Assembly: GCA_013265495.1 (NCBI GenBank)
Contig: MU058844.1
Location: 12,112,184-12,176,183 of the forward strand
Direction: 5' to 3'
DNA: 64,000 bases
From: Vicugna vicugna
Taxonomy: Eukaryota
Shown: positions 13,336 to 26,654 of the stretch, in pieces
Layout of the letters: each line of letters begins with the position of its first letter
How positions within the stretch are numbered: the stretch's first letter is position 1
The notes under the pieces: model-generated
Databases searched by the model: none
Told to the model about the DNA's origin: nothing
The model's input: only the letters and a program-made list of their open reading frames with translations
Made by a program: the position numbers and the translations under genes

Positions 13336-14155
13336 AAGTGTAAAGTCATGTAATAAACCTTTCTCCTAATAGTGGATATGGCTTACTGAGGTATTCTCCA
13401 CAATTCCATTTAATCCACAGTGGTATTACACACTTAAGGGTATGTCTACAAATATCTAAGTGTTAACAGAGGAAGAATATTTCTGAAGTGTGTATATACT
13501 GATAATTGACCAAGTTGAATTTCTTTCCCAAATGTAGCTAAGGAAATACATGAGAATCCTTCTCTAGATATCCAAAACGAAGTCAAACAGTTATTTCCCA
13601 AAGCGTCTTGGATTCTCTGCACTAGTGGAAAAAGAGACTATTATCTGACACAGTGGCCACAAATGATTTCTCTAGTGCTTATTCATTCAAGGAAAATGTG
13701 TTCTGGTGACCCTTGCTTTAGAAAATTAAAATGAATAATTGGAGGAATTATTATATAATTGAAAGTCATAGCACATGTATTGGCAGCTTAACGACAGCTA
13801 ATTTTACCTTTCATCTACACCTCACAAACTCTCTAATGAACATTAGCGTCAAGTGAATTAGGAAACAATGATACAGGGCTTCTTCCTAAGATGCTCAACA
13901 ATCGCATTAAGCACTTTCCAGTGCAGAAGACAAAACTCACAAGGGAACAATCTGATTACAATGAATTAATGGCCGAATTTCTGGTTTTGCCCTTGCAAGA
14001 GTGAAAATTTTATACAGCCTCAATTTCTTTACTTTTAATTTAGTCACCAGCTGGTCAAACAAGCAGGAAAACCATGTGAACTGTTCTACCAGGATGGCTC
14101 TAGCTTTTAATTTGATATTAATCAAAAATACGAATCTAACAGTCTGATTTTCTAC

Positions 14156-14317
14156 TTTTTTTAATATTTTATTTATTATTGTATTATTACTATTATTTTT
14201 TATTTTGGGGGGAGGAGGTAATTAGGTTTATTTATTTTTAAAGGAGGTACTAGGGATCGAACCCAGGACCTTGTACGTGCTGAGCATGTGCTCTACCACT
14301 TGAGCTACACCCTCCCT
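14156..14317 (-). mobile_element. Vic-1-type camelid tRNA-derived SINE
   Basis: ggtactagggatcgaacccaggaccttgtacgtgctgagcatgtgctctaccacttgagctacaccctccc is the reverse complement of the SINE head; T-rich tail on the left. Confidence 0.88.
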
Positions 14318-14784
14318 CCTCTACTCCTTCCTGTTGTGGAACACGTAAGACCATTTGCCACCATATATCATGCTTGTCTTCTACCACTTCATTTATGATT
14401 ACTCTTCACATTTTTCTTGCTTCAGATATTTCATATTAAATATTGTTTCCCTTTTCTAAAGAAAGCAAAGACTGGGCACTGGCTCATCAAGATCAATTTG
14501 CTTACAGTTGAACAGATGAACAAATTAAGTTCATAATCAAGTGTAAATAAAGCAGAAGGAATAAGACCATTCTTAGGTGTTGGGAGGCGGCAGGCTGGAA
14601 GGAGGTGTGGCCCACGGAATGTGCTTTGTACCCACTTCAGTCTGGGGCTGGCCTGAGTGTATCTCCTGAACAGGGCTCTAATGGGAGTTCAAGTTCTACA
14701 GACAGAAGCAGAACACAGCCAGAAGGATATGATGGGACTTTGCCCAGAATCGAACTAAAAAGGGTATTTCTGGGTTAATACTAA

Positions 14785-14960
14785 CTGCAACATTTTATTA
14801 GGATCACATGATATACTAGGCGCATCATATTCCCTGAATCAGTACATCCTACCTACAATACTATGAAGTGTAAGTATTTTCACCCTTCTTTTATAGATTA
14901 GCAAACAGCCTCAGAGCAGTTGAGCAACTTGATTATAACCACCCAACGGAAGTGACATGC
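14785..14960 (-). mobile_element. MIR SINE fragment
   Basis: ttttatagattagcaaacagcctcagagcagttgagcaacttg MIR core. Confidence 0.6.
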
Positions 14961-15449
14961 CCAACAAAGAGACCTCTTCTTTAAATGCATGAGAGACCAT
15001 CAAAAACCGAAAGTGTTCCTGTCAAATAATAGCTGAGATGATCGAGGAAGACAGCCTCAGGAGGGAGAGTCCTGTATGTGACCAAGTTGTTCCTGTAACA
15101 TACTTCCAACACTCCCAGTGTAAGAATCAGCCACTGGGGCAAACCTGGTCCTTACTCAAGCAAGAGCAGTCTTCCCATTCAATAAAGTAAATAAAACATA
15201 TTCTCTAGCATTATCCATAGCCACTCTTAAGGATGTGGTAAGTAGGATCAAAAAGTCAAATGCAATTTCTCAGGTATGAAAAGAAACTAGATGTAGTATG
15301 GTATTTCAGCAGGGACGCCAAAGAAAGATTTATCTAGAATGAGTAACAGTGGGAACTGTTTCAGTGCGGGGCAACACCTGCTTTAAGGCCACTCTTGGGG
15401 AAGCAGGTACAGGGATTTCACAATAACACCAACAACTACTATTATACTT

Positions 15450-15680
15450 GTTAACACTTAAACAGGGTGCTAACCACATGCCAGGCTTTGCTCCAAGAGA
15501 CTGAAGTGAATTAACTCATTTACCTTCATAACAGTTCTATAGGTAGGCATCAATATGAGCCCCATTTCTTATGTGAGGAAATTGAGATATAAAGTCACTT
15601 AACTAGCAGGTGGTTGGAGCAGGGATTAAAACTCAGGCCACCTGGATTCCAAGCAAGGACTCTAAATTCCAAAGACACTG
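15450..15680 (-). mobile_element. MIR SINE
   Basis: taactcatttaccttcataacag...cccatttcttatgtgaggaaattgag...gagcagggattaaaactcagg. Confidence 0.75.
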
Positions 15681-17829
15681 CCCATATAGCAGTCCCTCAG
15701 CCACATACAGTATTTTCAGGTTTGGAACAGTGGCCTAATCTTTAATTCCTCACCCACGGCAAGCTGTATGGAGAAACCAAATGAACCGCTGAGTTTCTAG
15801 TAAGTGAATCAATTTCTGTGTGTTATTGAAGGTTTCTGATATGCTCATTTGAATTATTACCTGTGCAGGACCATCAAGAACTACAGTACCTGATTTTGTG
15901 CATTTCAAGCAGAAGGGACACTCTTCAAAAAGAAGAGAATCTAGGACTGAGGAATACAAAAGGGAAATTAGAAATATTACTACTGTTTTTGCTTTGCATT
16001 TTAAGAGCTCCCCGTTCCCTTCAATTAACTCTAAAATCACATCTTATACACAACAGCCTTTATTCTTTCAAATTGTTAAGGCCATAAAGGAATATATACA
16101 AAGGCGTATAGAGTCAACTACAGAATTAGCCGAAAAGTTTCAGCAGTTTTACAAATGTGGAAATTAACTCCAAATCAATTTGAAAGAAGAGTGCATAGGT
16201 AGTATGACATCTGGAAGTTTTGAGCTGTGTCCTTAACCTCATCTTTGAATTTTAGAAAACTAAACAGAGAGTGAATCTATGGGCAGAGAACACCATGGAA
16301 AATAGAAGAAAAATCAATGAAATCCCTAAGACAGAGTTTAGAACTCTTACCACTCAAAGCCACCATCTGAAAAGCATAATGAAGCATTCACATTTCTCCC
16401 AGAAGGCTTAAATCGCTCCAACTTCATTAAGTTTAACATTTTTCTAACTCAGATCACAGCTATGAATCTTGCCACTCATCCTGGCTCAATATTTTCACAG
16501 TAGTTCATTGCTAGTCAGGTTTGCACCTGCTTTCTGATTGCCTGCACCCATTTCCAAGTTGAAATCAATGAAACCTATTAGCATGTCCTCTACTCGGCAC
16601 TTTAATTTTGGATAGCGATGTATTATTAATGTAATCATCCCAGCAAGCCTAGTACAGCTCAGAAGTAAAATTGAAGGGTTTACAATAGAGAACATTAATA
16701 AGAATGCTTATTAAATTGTATTGAAATCTAAATAATTGAATGCATATTTGATACAAAATTTAAATTGAAATGGGTCATACCAAAGTAGAGGGCTGTCAAT
16801 GGAGAACAGAGATCCTTTATACCCTTAAAAGACAAAACATAATTCTAACCATGGACTATTGCATACATGACACATAACCACGGTAATTTATTTCTACAGT
16901 TGAAGATGACTGCTCTTTTTGATGTCTTTATTATGCTGGGCATTTAAAACAATTTAAATTGTTTTAAATTTAAAACAGTTATCCAAGTCAAGTAAAGATG
17001 ATATTTCACCTGTGTTTCTACCGCAGAGACGTTTGAATCACTAGATGCCAAGTACCAATTTTACTTGGCAAATGTAAAGATCCTTAAGAGGAAAATTACT
17101 GAAGATGTGAATGAACACATGCATCGTCAAAGAAGGGAATTTTAATGCCACAGAATTAACAATTAAAAGAGCATATTTGGTTAATTTGTTATTAAATTTT
17201 TTACACCAAGAACCTTCTACTATTTGAAGATTAATATTTACCTTCCTTAGCACTTGCCTTAATAAATATTAATATGAGAACATGATTATCATAATTAAAA
17301 TAAATTTATTGATTTCCAACACGCACATGTTGTTCAAGCAAATTCACTGTCTATACCCTAGGCACCCACAATCTACGGTACTCACCAAAACAGACGTCAT
17401 GGAAGAGAAGCAACAGAGGGGTATTAAAACAATGGTTGTCATATACATAGTAGCTGTACATGCATATCAAAGCAAATAGCAAAGCCAGGGGAAGAACTTC
17501 TTTAAATCTGGCTATAAGGAAAAAAAAAAATGCTATGAGGTCATATGACTTCCCCCAAATTCCCAGAGAGGATTCAGAGTCACTTTGCTGGGTCATGTAG
17601 TTTGAGAAACCTGCTTATCTTCTGATGGAGCTGGCAGTTTGGAGCTAGGGATTAATGATTTGATACATCAATCTACTCCACACGTATAAGGCACTTGCTT
17701 TCTACTACAACAGTGCACTTCTCCACTCCAAGTCATGGCAATGTCTCCTCGTAAGCCGTGTGTACTATTTTTCCCCCCAACAGTCTGCCTGTGTTTCCTC
17801 TCTTGGAAACACTTGGAAGGGTGTTTCTT

Positions 17830-18700
17830 ACATTAGTTCAGGTAAAAGATTATGAGAGTTCAAACCAGGATAGATGCGGTGAGGATGAAAAGGAGATACT
17901 TGAAATATAATTATGAGACCAAGTTGACTAGGATTTGTGATTAATTAGGTATGCGCATGAGCAAGAGAGTGAAATCAAGTATGGTACCAAGTCTGTAGTT
18001 CTGGTGAATTAAGAGAGAGAGAATTCCTCCAACTAGGATAAAGAAAACAGAAGTGACTGGCTAAGTAGGTGATGGATTCAGTCCGGGGCCTCAGAAGAGG
18101 CCTAGGTGAATGTCTAGCAGGATTTTCTCACTTGAAATTCCAGGGAGGGGTCAGTCTGGACTGGAGACAGAGATGGGGCAACCATTAGTACTTTAAAAAG
18201 TGCTCCAAACAGAAATAAAATGCAATTCACCTATGAAATTTCAAAATTTTCTGGTAGCTACAATTTTAAAATTAAAAAGGAATAAATGAAGGCATGTTTT
18301 ATTTTACCAATGCATCCAGAATAGGTTTCCAGCACATGGCATTAGCTAATTTCAAGTGCTAAGTAGCCATCTGCAGCTGGTGGCTACCAAGTTGTACGCT
18401 GCATACTTGGGGGCAGCTGAAGATGAGAACGGGTGTGTTACACTGAAAGTCTAAGTGGAATAAGAAGGGAGGACTGAAAGCGGAACCCTGGCTAACCCCA
18501 ATGGAGATGATGGAAAAACAGCCTACATCTGAGATGAGGATGAAATTTAAAAGAACAAAAAACAAAAAAACCCCACGAACTAGGCAAAATAGGAACCAAA
18601 GAAAAGAGATCTCCATGGAAAAGAGATTAAATGATAATGTTAGGTGCAGGAAGTCCACTTAGGCAAAACGTAAAATCCTATAGTTACTGATATTTTTAGC
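17830..18700 (-). mobile_element. L2 LINE fragments interrupted by a MER3-like element (about 18195-18400)
   Basis: L2-like tagttcaggtaaaagattatgagag...ggactggagacagagatgggg; MER3-like tttcaagtgctaagtagccatctgcagctggtggctacc. Confidence 0.55.
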
Positions 18701-18734
18701 AACAACCTATCAGTAGTGCACAGGAGTAGAAATT

Positions 18735-18916
18735 GGGGCAGATTCAGATTTGGTGGGGGACCTAAACATGAACCAATTTTCGAGTTCCCATGAAAAAGAC
18801 AAAATTATCAACACAGAATTGTGTCGGCGGCCCCTGTGCAAGCCTAGGAAAAGGTTCATGCAAAAGGAAGGGTCCTGAAGTTTAAGCCTCAGCAGTTTCA
18901 CGGAAAATCTGCCCTC
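18735..18916. mobile_element. MER53 palindromic hAT MITE
   Basis: TIRs ggggcagatt / aatctgccct; internal gggtcctgaagtttaagcctcagcagtttcacgg typical of MER53. Confidence 0.75.
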
Positions 18917-21900
18917 AAATGTGCGCATGATTTCAATGGATGGTAAGAATATGGAAACATTTTCAGACAATTTTTAAAAAGCTGTAATTAAAGAAACTGC
19001 ATGGTAACCATAGGATTAAGATGAAGGTCCAGATAGAGCTATATAGCACAGCAAGTTTTAGCAAGAGTTAACAGGGCAGAGATGCCACAGTGGCAAAATG
19101 GAGTGAGAGATGTAGCTTCAAGTCATGGCAAGGCAGTCCAGCTGCAGTATCTGCACACCACCTTCCTTCTTGGATATTCATAACATAAGGGAACTCTAAG
19201 AAGCACTAGCTTTCCAGGTAATACAGATTATGCAAAAAGCATCTTCAAATTTCTGTAAATTTCTTTAACATCTATTTCTTTAACGTCTCACTTAAATACT
19301 CGTTAAAGAAACCACAGATATCTGAGATTCTGTCTGCTCTTACCCCATGCTCCTCCTAACCACTTACAGCCCATATAACTTTCCTGCCAGCCTCATGCAT
19401 TTCCTTAATTTTCAGAGTTCACAAACATAAAATGAGATGAAAGAAAATCTTTATTGCCCCCGAAACAGTCAATATAGGCTTATGTCATGAAACTCCTTTG
19501 TGGTATTTATTCTAGAATAAAGCTACATATCATAATTCTGAATCATTTAGAAACCTAGCCAAGCATAGGCATCTACAAATTTCTGAGTAAAGCTTTTGGG
19601 GACGCACGTGACAAAATGAATGAAGGGCTAAGAATGAAGATTCTTTACAGTTTCCAAATCAAAGCTTTCATTTAGAGTGGTCTTCTTCCATATGGGACCA
19701 CCTGGCTACTTAAAGCAAAATCCTATCACCATGACTACAGAGCTCAAACTTTCCATAATGTCTTTGGGATTCTTATGATATATCCCTTCCTCCAGCCTAC
19801 TGGAACCAGAAGGAGACTTCAAGATTTCTGACAACACAGCTCATGATCTTCCTTAGAATCACAGATTTCAGCGAGTCAAAAAGTAAGTCAGAGCCAACAG
19901 AATAAACAAAGGGTTCATTCATTCATTTATCTGCCAGGTATCATGCGCTGAATCCAATGAAGGGGCTAGATCTGTTTTTGCAGGAAGCCTTTATCAATGC
20001 ATGTGATTTTTTATCCACAGACGTATAAACTGGTGCTGATTAATAGGAGCAAGAGTGTTCCTCATCCCCCAAAGCAGGCAACTGCCTGAATTTAAAAAAA
20101 AAAAAAAAAAAGGTTAAATGGTGCTGTACTGCTGCACCACATTTATTTATTTATTTTCTTCTTCTCCTTCATGTGCATTTTCCAGTTTGCAGGTTTTCTC
20201 ACTCACTCTCCCTTTTAAAACATTCAGGCATTTGGTCTTCAGAATGTTTCTGCTCATTAACAAAGAATTCCAGAAATCCCAAGAGAAGAATTAATGGGAT
20301 AGGATCCCTAACTATCTCATATACATTTTTAATTTGACATTCAGTGAACAGTAAAATTATTATAGCCCTACCAGTTGTGACATGCAATACCTATGTAAGC
20401 TTAACCAAGAAAAACATATCAAAGTCAGTTCACTGGGTAAATTATGGTATTTAGACATCAGAGAAGGCCCCACACCAAAGCAAAATTAATTCCATTAACA
20501 TGGGCTTTTCAAACTGAAATTAGAAATAAGGCTTAAATAACAGTTGAAGCCAAGGCAAGAGAATTGCCACAAGTAAATAATGTGAATGATACATATTCTT
20601 ATCCAAATGCCAAACACATCTGAGAACATTTAGAATGATAGTAGTAAAAAAGAAGAGGGGAAAAAAAGACATTTCTCTAATGAACTGTGCATCAACACCC
20701 ATAGAAAGCCCTCTTTCTAGGTCTCTTCCATATTTGTCTATGGCCAGTCTGTGTTTACGGTGTTAAAATGGTCAAATATCTGTAAGCCTTCTCTTTTTTT
20801 AATCCTCCAAATGGAAAAAGTAGCTCCTCCAAGGAATGCTATTCCTAAGAAGGCCAAAAGGTGTGCTGTGGGGCTCTCTTCCTATCACACCACTCAGCTG
20901 CTCTATGGTATGGGCCAATGACGTCTATGATTCATATTAGTGAGGAGAACTAACTGTATGTTCTTTAGTTGTTTGCTCATTCACGGAAAAAAGGGCTGGC
21001 CAGAAGAGTGTGGAAGCTATGAAGGCAGCCCTGGTAAAAGACCTGTGCTTTTCTTGGTTCGTGTATTTGCTTCTTAGTGCTAACCAATAAAATAACTTTT
21101 TCATGAGAAGAATAGGGCTCTGGTGACAACATTTTTCAAGAAAGCATCTTGAACACTGCTCCAAACAATTTCAGATAAACATTTAATATGATCTCCAACC
21201 TACACATTGCCTAGACCCAGATCTTATATTCAAAATGGCTATTTTGTTACAGAAAGTAAATGGATATAAGTCATGCTGCATCCTAGGATTCATTTTCCAA
21301 AAAATGTTCAAATTTATTATGACAAAATAATCAGCTGAAATAGTAAATTATCTTCTTTCCTTATAATTTCTTCTTTTGGAGATTTGGTCTGGCCCATTGA
21401 GAGTAATTTTGAGAAGAACTGAGAGAGGAAAGGAAGATTTCCTGAGACTAGGAAGGGCACAAAGGTCTGGGGACTGGCATCGTGCTCTGTATGAGAGAGG
21501 TGGTTGGGCTAAGGAGGGGAACTGCTGTGTAGGACACAAAGGGAGAGGAGATCCCAGCTTCCAAGGCTCCTGGATTCTCAACTTTGCTTAAGACCTCTGA
21601 TGCCTAATTCTAGCATAGGATGAATGGAGTGAGGACCCGAAGGAAAAAACTGGTCTAGAAATAAGGCTGTACCTCACAGTCACCACCACTCCACAGATGA
21701 CCAACAACAGTAGGGTTCACATCATTGTCTTACTGGGTTGCATAATCCTGGGATGTCTGCACAAGTGGGGGAGAAGAAGAGAATATAAAAATTTTAAATG
21801 AGCTTGGACTACCCATCACTTCACCAGATTCTGCAAAATGGAATTCTGTTAGTGACAGAATATGAAGGAATGCAGCATTTTCAGTATACTTAAGTTTATG

Positions 21901-22624
21901 GGGGGTGATTCAGACTAGCCACCAACTTTAACATTTTCTAAGTCTATAAAATCAAAGACTTGTTCTGCTAAGCCCTCTCACCATCCTAACTCCACAGAAG
22001 ACTAGGGCATTTGATGATTTTGTGGGTCAATGAACAGTATATTTTTCATTTCACATTCTCATTCATATGAAGTCACCACTCTACAGCACTACCACTCACA
22101 TGTGACACAAATGAGGCCACTGTCTCAACAATGAGATCTGAGGGATTTTTAACAGAATCTATTAGCTTTGGTTTGGCTATATGGGAAGATCACAGGTAAA
22201 TTCTTCCTAAAGCCCTTGACTGAACCAAATTTGACAGTTATAACAACTAAAAAGAAGCTTCTAGTCAATGAGACAACACTACTACCAGCCTCAAAAAAGA
22301 ACATCTTGTATAAATAATTGATATATGTAAACAGAAAAGTTTTGCCAGTAGACAACAGAATATCAGAAACATTTGCTTTGTAATATACCCTGAACAATAG
22401 CAACCATCACTGGCATGGTCCACAAAAGCTTAAGAATATGGAATGCAAAGTCTGGGTAGGAAAAAGAGTCACCTTCAAAGACTCTGTCATTCAGTGTAAG
22501 TCAGAATGGAATTCCAAAACTATCATAGCACATCAGACGGCCAAGCATCGAGTAATCTTAATTATTCATAGAAAAGCAAGGGTCAGAACCTGTGTCACAA
22601 TCCACAGAAAAACACCTCTGGACG

Positions 22625-22880
22625 TGAAATACATAGTTAGCTGTGAAGACTTAAGAATCAGATTGCCTGCGTTTTAATCCTAGCTTTGCCACTTACCAGC
22701 CATGTGAGCTGTGCCAAGGAGCGGGAACCTTTCCGTACCTCAGTTTCCACATCTATAAATTGGGGATAATAATAGTGCCTAAATTTTCAGAATATTTTGA
22801 GGTTGACATGAGAAAATGTAGGGAAATCACTGTGCTAAGACACAGGTCCTGGCACATTGCCCTCAAAACATGTTAGAGAG
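22625..22880 (+). mobile_element. MIR SINE
   Basis: aatcctagctttgccacttaccagc...cctcagtttccacatctataaattggggataataatagt. Confidence 0.8.
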
Positions 22881-23756
22881 TGTTTCTGTTATTGCTATTT
22901 CTATTCATAAATAGCCGTAAACCAAGTGGCTCTGTTTTCTGACTGCCAACAATTCATTTCACAAATCTTTTTTAAAGAACCTACTATCTATATAGGGAAT
23001 GCAGTGCCAAATACAAAGGTGTGCTCCCTCCTTTTGCTGGGTCTTTCATTCTACAGGGAGGATGGAGACAGACAATAGAGACGCAGACTGACAGTGTTCC
23101 ACTAAAACAGGTGAAGTGACAGGAAATGCTGCTGGAGTTTATGGCCTGGGAAGGAGTCTCTGAAAAGCAAATATTTGAGCTGATTTCTAGACAACAGAAA
23201 AGCACCTGTCTAGAGAAGATCTGGGTCAAGAGCTTCTGGGGAAAAGAATAAGTTCAGAGGCCCGAAGGCAGAAAGGAGCCTCAGGGACCTTGGGAATAGT
23301 TTCTCTCCAGAATGATCATAACAGAAGAGTACATATCAGTAGAAATTGTTTTGTTAACACGCAGCATGAATCTGTAGGGAGCAGTCTCTGTATATGGAGC
23401 CAGAAGGCTCAGTCAAGAACCTACATCAATTAGCATGAACATTCTTTACCGCTGTAGAGTGTACAGAACGGGCCAGGGTATTTATTCCATTTCAAACCTT
23501 AGCAACCATCTCACCTAGCAAATAGTTGGTATATTGTTTCTTCTTATCATGGGTATGAACCAACTGTATTTAAGTTTAGAAAATTTGTGAACTGGGACTG
23601 TATCCAAGCAAACAATGGGGTAGAACTAGTCAGTTCTCCTCAAAGTTGATTGTTAGAGATGGTTATCAAGAAGACATCTGAGGTCAACAACAGAAATCAA
23701 TCTTCTGAAATTATTTGTAGGATTGTTTTGTATGCAGACTTTGTTTTTAAAAAATC

Positions 23757-24470
23757 ACCCTCTTACACTGTTGGTGGGAATGTAGTTTGATGCAGCTGTT
23801 ATGGAAAACAGTATGGAAATCAAAAGACTAAAAACAGACTTAACATATGGTCCAGCAATTCCATTTCTGGGCATATATCCAGGGGGAACCTTAATTCAAA
23901 AAGACACATGAACCCCAATGTTCATAGCAGCACTATTTACAATAGCCAAGACATGGAAACAACCTATATGTCCATTGACAGGTGACTGGATAAAGAAGCT
24001 GTGGTATATTTATACAACGGACTACTACTCAGCCATAAAAAAGAATACCATCTGCAGCAACGTGGATGGACCTGGAGATTGTAATTCTAAGTGAAGTAAG
24101 CCAGAAAGAGAAAGAAAAATACCACATGATATCACTTATATGTGGAATCTAAAAAAAAAAAAATTTACAAAATAGAAACAGACTCATATAGACAATAATC
24201 TTATAGTTACCAACAGGGACGTGGGTAGATTGAGGGAAAAATTGGGAGTTCGACATTTGCAGATAATAATTACTAAATATAAAATAGATAAACAAGTTCA
24301 TACTGTATAACACAGGGAACTACATCCAATATTTTATAGTAATTTATGGTGAAAAAAGACTATGAAAATGAATATATGTATGTTCATGTATGACTGACAT
24401 ATTATTCTGTAAACCAGAAACTAACACAATATTGTAAACTGATTATACTTCAATAAATATATATTTCAAA
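23757..24470 (+). mobile_element. 5'-truncated camelid-type L1 (ORF2 end plus 3'UTR)
   Basis: ccctcttacactgttggtgggaatgtag...atgttcatagcagcactatttacaatagccaagacatgg...gtaaactgattatacttcaataaa. Confidence 0.9.
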
Positions 24471-26007
24471 ACTTTTAATGAAAGAAAGACTAATAACTAT
24501 ATATATTTTTTAATCTACCTGCCCTCTGCCTGTTTTTAATCATATAGATTAGTCCATATTCAAGACTATGGACCTGAACTCCAGAGGGTCTCCATCTTTA
24601 AGGAGTCACATGAGCCACTGATAAATGATGAAACTTTCTTCCCAGAGTGACTGCCAAGAGGTAGACCATTACATGCATCACCATAAAAGTCATCAGGCAT
24701 TTTGTCTTTAAAGTTGCATCTCACCAGAGTCTCAAAGGAAGAAAGTAATATACTTTTTGGCCAATTACAACATGGCATCAACTGGGAATCCTTACACACA
24801 AGTCATGTAACACATAAAGTCACAATAGTGCACTATATTGCTTCTAAAAGAGAGAAACTGAGCATTAGATATGCTAGAAGAAAACTTTCTTTAATATCAA
24901 TGTTTTTCTTTGTCTTTTTCCCTTCCTATAGTTATTTACTTAAGGAATCTTTAAGGAGAATTAGGTAGATTCATTTTGCCTAAGATTGGAACTGAGAAAA
25001 TGGCAGAAATAGTAGCCCTTTGTCTAAGATTCTTAACCATCTTGGCAGTTTGTTTTGTTCTGGTTATTTTACTGTCTCTCCCTATATTCTTTCTACCATA
25101 GCTTTCCCAATGTAAGATGGTGACAGTCCCACTTACCACACCCTATTGCCATTTTTAATAGAGAGGTTCAACCTGCTGTATGGAGTCACATTTCTAATAT
25201 TTCATCCCTTCTTCTGACTTTTCTCTTACTATCAGCAATCTCGGTATTAGAACAGTTCTGAGGGTCCAAAATCAGCATGGGGTGCATACATTAACAGTTA
25301 TTACATAAGAGATTAAACTAAAGAGCAGCTTTAGCATTGAAAATATGCTACTAAACAACGAGCCAAACAGAGTTAAAGTGAATGTTAGGGAGCCTTTGTT
25401 TTTGCAAACAAGCCTGGGGGGAAAACGTAGACATAAGAAATAATTAATTACTGGATGCCTTCTGATTAAATGGTGTTCTGTTTCAAATTACCCCAACTGC
25501 ATACAAAGATACATGTTACTGTGTAATTGTAAAGAACCAGATGAAACATTGATTTTACTATGATTGCTGCATGTTTGTACACAAAGCCAACAGAATGACA
25601 TCTTCCAGGGTCCATTTCAAGGCCTTGAAATGCTAGATACTGTTATTGGGACAAGAGTCATAAAATGAAGATTTTTACAAATAGAAAGTATCATTTCCTC
25701 TCCTAATTTAACAACTAAAATAGAGAAAGTGAACAGCAGTAGAGTATTAAAAGCATATTTTGACTGAACTCTTCCAAATATGAAAGTGAACTTACAAAAT
25801 CACCTCCTGGTCAAATATACTTTTGATGCAAAAGTGTTCTATTGGGTCTCAGCTTTGAATAAACATTCACACAGGTGACTTTTAGGTACATCCCCATCTG
25901 ACAGCAGTCACATCTTGAGCCAACTAGAATCACTGTCAAAATCCCTCAAGATGCCCAAATTCCCAGGAATCTAGGAGTTGAGAAGGATACTCTTTGCCCC
26001 AAATAAG

Positions 26008-26009
<2 letters not shown>

Positions 26010-26044
<35 letters not shown>

Positions 26045-26053
26045 AAAAAAAAA
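26010..26053 (+). repeat. Long poly(A) tract (about A34-C-A9)
   Basis: Direct reading. Confidence 0.9.
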
Positions 26054-26284
26054 GGCAATGTTCCTGTCTGCAAGAATAAAATGGATGATTTCAGATTCAA
26101 AACAATACATATGCATACACACACACACACACACATACACATCCATACAGACTAATGATATTATCTCAAATAATATCAAATATCAAAACCAAATTAGACA
26201 TGGTCACTCTCCTAAGAAGACTATATTTACTGGGAAAATATGTTTATCATATGAATTATTTTATCAGATAGACTATTAAGAAGA

Positions 26285-26392
26285 TTAATTTTAAGTGTCA
26301 ACTTGACTGGGCCATAGGATATCCAGCTATTTGGTCAAGCATTGTGCTGGGGGTATCTGTGAAGGTGTTCTTGGGTGAGATTAACATTTAAA
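26285..26392 (+). mobile_element. MLT2 (ERVL) LTR 5' fragment
   Basis: ttaattttaagtgtcaacttgactgggcca...gggtgagattaacatttaaat. Confidence 0.75.
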
Positions 26393-26654
26393 TGAAAGAC
26401 CTTAATATTCAGTATTTTTTCTCAGTTTCCTCACCTACAAAATGGGGAAAACAGTAGTACCTGCAGGATAGGGTTAGGAGTGAGAAGTAAAAGGATTAGC
26501 ATCTGATACCACTCCAGCAGGACATGACACATACTTGTGCTCTGTGTTTGCTCTTATAATCAGCACCACCCCTGGCTGCATATGTTGACCAGCATCTCAC
26601 AGCTATCACACGGTAAAACTGAATTTTGAACCCATCTCAAAAAGGTCCCGTTCC

